Shown piece after piece: positions 29,888 to 33,236 of a DNA stretch of 33,236 bases; position 1 is the stretch's first letter; the number at the start of each line of letters is the position of its first letter. The stretch is from Intoshia linei (Eukaryota; Animalia; Orthonectida). The notes below the pieces were generated by a model. It did not search any database and was not told the DNA's origin. It worked only from the letters and a program-made list of their open reading frames with translations. The stretch covers positions 1 through 33,236 of the forward strand of contig LWCA01000295.1 of NCBI GenBank assembly GCA_001642005.1, written 5' to 3'. The position numbers were made by a program, and so were the translations under genes.

Positions 29888-30807
29888 CTTTAAAAAATAT
29901 AATTGGCACCAATAAAAAAAAAAATGGGAAAAGTGTGAGAAAAGCGCGCGACAACCTTAAAATTCAAAAAGAGTAAATGTTTTTACAGTCATTTTTTTTA
30001 AAATAAAATTTTTATTGATTTTCAAAAACTGTCAAAAACGAACAAACCTAATATATATTTATATTTACAGCACTTAAAAATTCTAATAAAAAGTTAAGCT
30101 TATTAACCCAGTTTTTGTGTACCTTTCAAAATTAGGTGTCCATAACGAGTTTATAATGAAATTCATTCATCAACGTTGCGATTAATATACTAATAATAAT
30201 GCAATAATTACTAAAATTTAGACATCATATAATTATAATATATTATGTAGGTGGAGGTAAAATTATAACTTTATAAATTAAAATAATGAAATTATTAATT
30301 TTTTAAATTTCAAAATTTAGTTGTCAATATGGGTAATTTATAAAATTAATTATAGTGATACACAATCTTTTTTAACTAAAGCAAATGAAGGTTAAATGGA
30401 AAATTTGCAAAAGTTACCCATTACCATAATTATCACAGTCATATAATCGTCAAATATATTAGAATTGCCTGGGATGTAACATGACTGCTATTATACAGTG
30501 GTTTATATAATTATTGCATATTAGAGTTATTTTTGCCAAGTGTTTGATTTTTATGGCTAACCTAGACCCATGTGATGTTTTAATTTTGAGGTTATATTCG
30601 AAGATGATTTTTTGGAGTGTTTTCTAATAAAAAAATTTGTTAATCAGCCCTTCAATGTAAAAAAAGGCCGTATCATATGGTCCCTCTCCATGGTTATGTG
30701 TACATCATTGATATAGTAGTTGGATAAACAATAATAATTACACATATAATTTAGCTAGTGGACGTAATTATTTGTCATAACTTTACTAAATTATTTATTA
30801 TGCTTAT

Positions 30808-32145
30808 TAGGGTGTCTTATTTTTGGAAATTTTTTTGATTTCTTTGGCGTCTCGTGTAGGTTTTGTGGATTCATGAAATAACAATATAATTATTGTATTT
30901 ATGATAAAAAAATACTTATTCGAGTTGCGCACACCAATTTTACAGTAAAATTTTTACTTTCATATAAAAATATTAATGAAAAACAAACTAAATTTAATAT
31001 ATTACTATAATTGTGGTTTTTATGCTTATAATTCCTTTCGTTTGTTTACCATATTCGGATGTACTTTATATTTTTTAAATATAATATATATCTTCATTAA
31101 TGTGATTTTTATAAAGGTTAATTTTTAGACAAGACATTAATACAATAATATAATACTAGTAGTATTATACCACGGTTCTCAATGAAATTCAACAATCCTT
31201 AAAACCAAAAATAATTAGTCTAGAAATATTTTTAAAAAAAATATACACCCGAATATGGTAAACGAACCAAGTGATTATAGCGATAAAAACCACAATTAAA
31301 GTAACATTACATTAAAAATAATTTATTTGTTTTTATTTTTCTATAAAAATGTCTTGCTAGATAATTACAATGGTGTGTCTGACTCAAATAGCGACTTTAA
31401 ATGTCTATAAATTTAAATTAAAGTATATTTTTGATGAATATACCAGACTCACAGTCAGGGGCAGTTCCAAGAGACTAGTTAATGTAGTGCGAGCGAAGCG
31501 AGCAATATATTTTTAGGTGTCTCCTTTAATATCAAGTCTAGTTTGATTTTAAAGTGTCTCTTTTAATTTCATTTAAAGGTTGTTATACAATAGTTTCCAA
31601 ATTTGTATTTTTTCGCAAAAATAAAAAAAATGATCAGAACAAAAAAAAAAATTAATTTGTTCATAAAATAATCCTAAATCAATTAGGTCCAGTCTTCTTG
31701 GATTAAGTATTGCAAATTCATTAACCAAACTTTTAATATCAAAATTATAGTTATAGTGGCAATTCATAAGGGCCAGCCCACATAGACGATTGCCAGTCAT
31801 TGTTGATCTTAAAAAATTTTAAAATAAAATGCAATGTTTGCATAATCCACCTCCATTATTTATTTCAGACTAGCACAGCCATAAATATTTATCAAGCCAG
31901 TCTATTTTGAAAGACTTATTATTCAATTTCTTGAAACCATAAAAGGCCTCAAATCACATGATCAATTGTTCATGTAATGTTGTGCGCCATCTATATTGTT
32001 TTAATAAATTAAAACCTTTTTCAGTTATGTTACAAAACATTAATTAAAATATATTACATATATACATATTTACGGGGCGCAACTGCACCTTCTGCACCCC
32101 TTGAATCCGCCTCTTACAGTATTCTTGAATACGTGTGACACCCTA
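30808..32145. mobile_element. hATm-like non-autonomous element with foldback structure
   Basis: Ends tagggtgtc / gacacccta; TSD atgcttat / atgtttat; internal inverted match between about 31002-31063 and 31243-31305. Confidence 0.78.
31456..32112 (-). mobile_element. hAT deletion derivative nested in 30808-32145
   Basis: Ends caggggcagttccaag / cttgaatccgcct; TSD ctcacagt / cttacagt; hAT C-terminus LRSTMTGNRLCGLALMNCH..LVNEFAILNPRRL on the minus strand at about 31690-31812. Confidence 0.82.
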
Positions 32146-33101
32146 ATGTTTATTTATTGAACATTATTAATATATCACTATAGTTGTTGGAGGAGGTAAA
32201 TTTAATTAAATTTTAAAATAATGAATAAATGCATTCATCACATTTAAATATTTCGTTATTAGTTTTCTTAAACACAAATTCATTTAAACTGCATTATATT
32301 CTGATTAGTGGTAAAGGGAGGTAACATTATCATAAATAAATATTGTCAAAAATATAAATATTTGACAATTCTTAAACATAAACCAATTTAATTTAGTGGG
32401 TGCCATCAGTATGTTTATAATTTTTTTTAAAATAAAATTAATTCTTTTTATAATTTATTTTATTGTAGCCGGGTCCAGTAATATATAAATTTTTCTATTT
32501 TTAAAAATAATTATAAAAGTGATATTTTAGTAAAGAGAAGTATGATTCTTCCATATATAAAATATACATTAATTTTACAGCTATTTCACCAAGTCGTAAG
32601 TTGTGTATTTTATTCAATTTTAAAAATTATTTAAATTTAGCCAGAATGAATCGTAAATTAATGTAAAATTTTATATTAATAATAGTTTTTAGCTATATGT
32701 AATAATTTTGAAATATTAATACACAATTTAATTTTAGTAAAATGGTTTTTAATATTAGGATTACCTGTAATTGCAATTACATTAATAGTAAGTGTTACAC
32801 TTATTATATGTTGCTGTCGTCGGAAAAATAGACACAGTAGAAAAAGAAATCGAAGAAGATACCGAAGATAGCGCGCACATTATTAGAAGATAATTCAACA
32901 CATACAAAATTAAAAATAAAATTTATTATATTCTTTGTCATATTTAACCTTTTACTTATGTACGATTCAAGTATCGAAACACGAATTATCTTTTCCTAAA
33001 TGAAAAATCGATTAGGCGATCAATTAATAAATCATGTTTTATAATTACATTTAATTTATTTTATATACAAATTATAAATAAACTATACCATTTACAATAC
33101 A

Positions 33102-33175
33102 ATTTCACTAAACTGAAATCTGATTTCGCAAAACTGAAATTCATTTTCACAAAATTGAAATTCAATTTCGCAACT
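33102..33175. repeat. 21-bp minisatellite, about 3.5 copies
   Basis: atttcactaaactgaaatctg / atttcgcaaaactgaaattca / ttttcacaaaattgaaattca / atttcgcaact. Confidence 0.8.
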
Positions 33176-33236
33176 AGGAAACATCATTTTTTTATATTGG
33201 TTTTATGATAAAAACCTTATTTTATCGCGGTTTATT

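Noticed and set aside
33102-33175. CRISPR-like array
   Set aside because: Head-to-tail 21-bp units without spacers, no cas genes, eukaryotic context.

Overview
Very AT-rich animal genomic DNA with spliceosomal GT-AG introns, many only 37-46 nt long. It is not prokaryotic. The compact introns and fast-evolving proteins suggest a reduced invertebrate parasite; an orthonectid such as Intoshia is my unverified guess. The left half holds three host genes: the 3' part of CaMKII (+, up to 15 exons in the window, 374-7545), an intronless divergent Vps10p/sortilin-like receptor (+, 8571-10745) and a complete alpha-catenin (-, 5 exons, 910 aa, 12685-17454). Introns and intergenic DNA are full of nested non-autonomous hAT elements, most with recognisable 8-bp target-site duplications (TSDs). 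From 17.7 to 27.5 kb lies a transposon graveyard: a short-LTR Gypsy element interrupted by a Merlin transposon, a 2.6-kb element with 49-bp terminal inverted repeats (TIRs) carrying a Gypsy 3' end, a third Gypsy remnant and a DDE_Tnp_4 (IS5/Harbinger-like) transposase pseudogene. A previously unannotated spliced multi-pass membrane gene or pseudogene may lie on the minus strand at about 29-33 kb. I found no evidence for a CRISPR, defence or other new multi-gene system. All alignments were done by eye and comparisons with vertebrate proteins are from memory.
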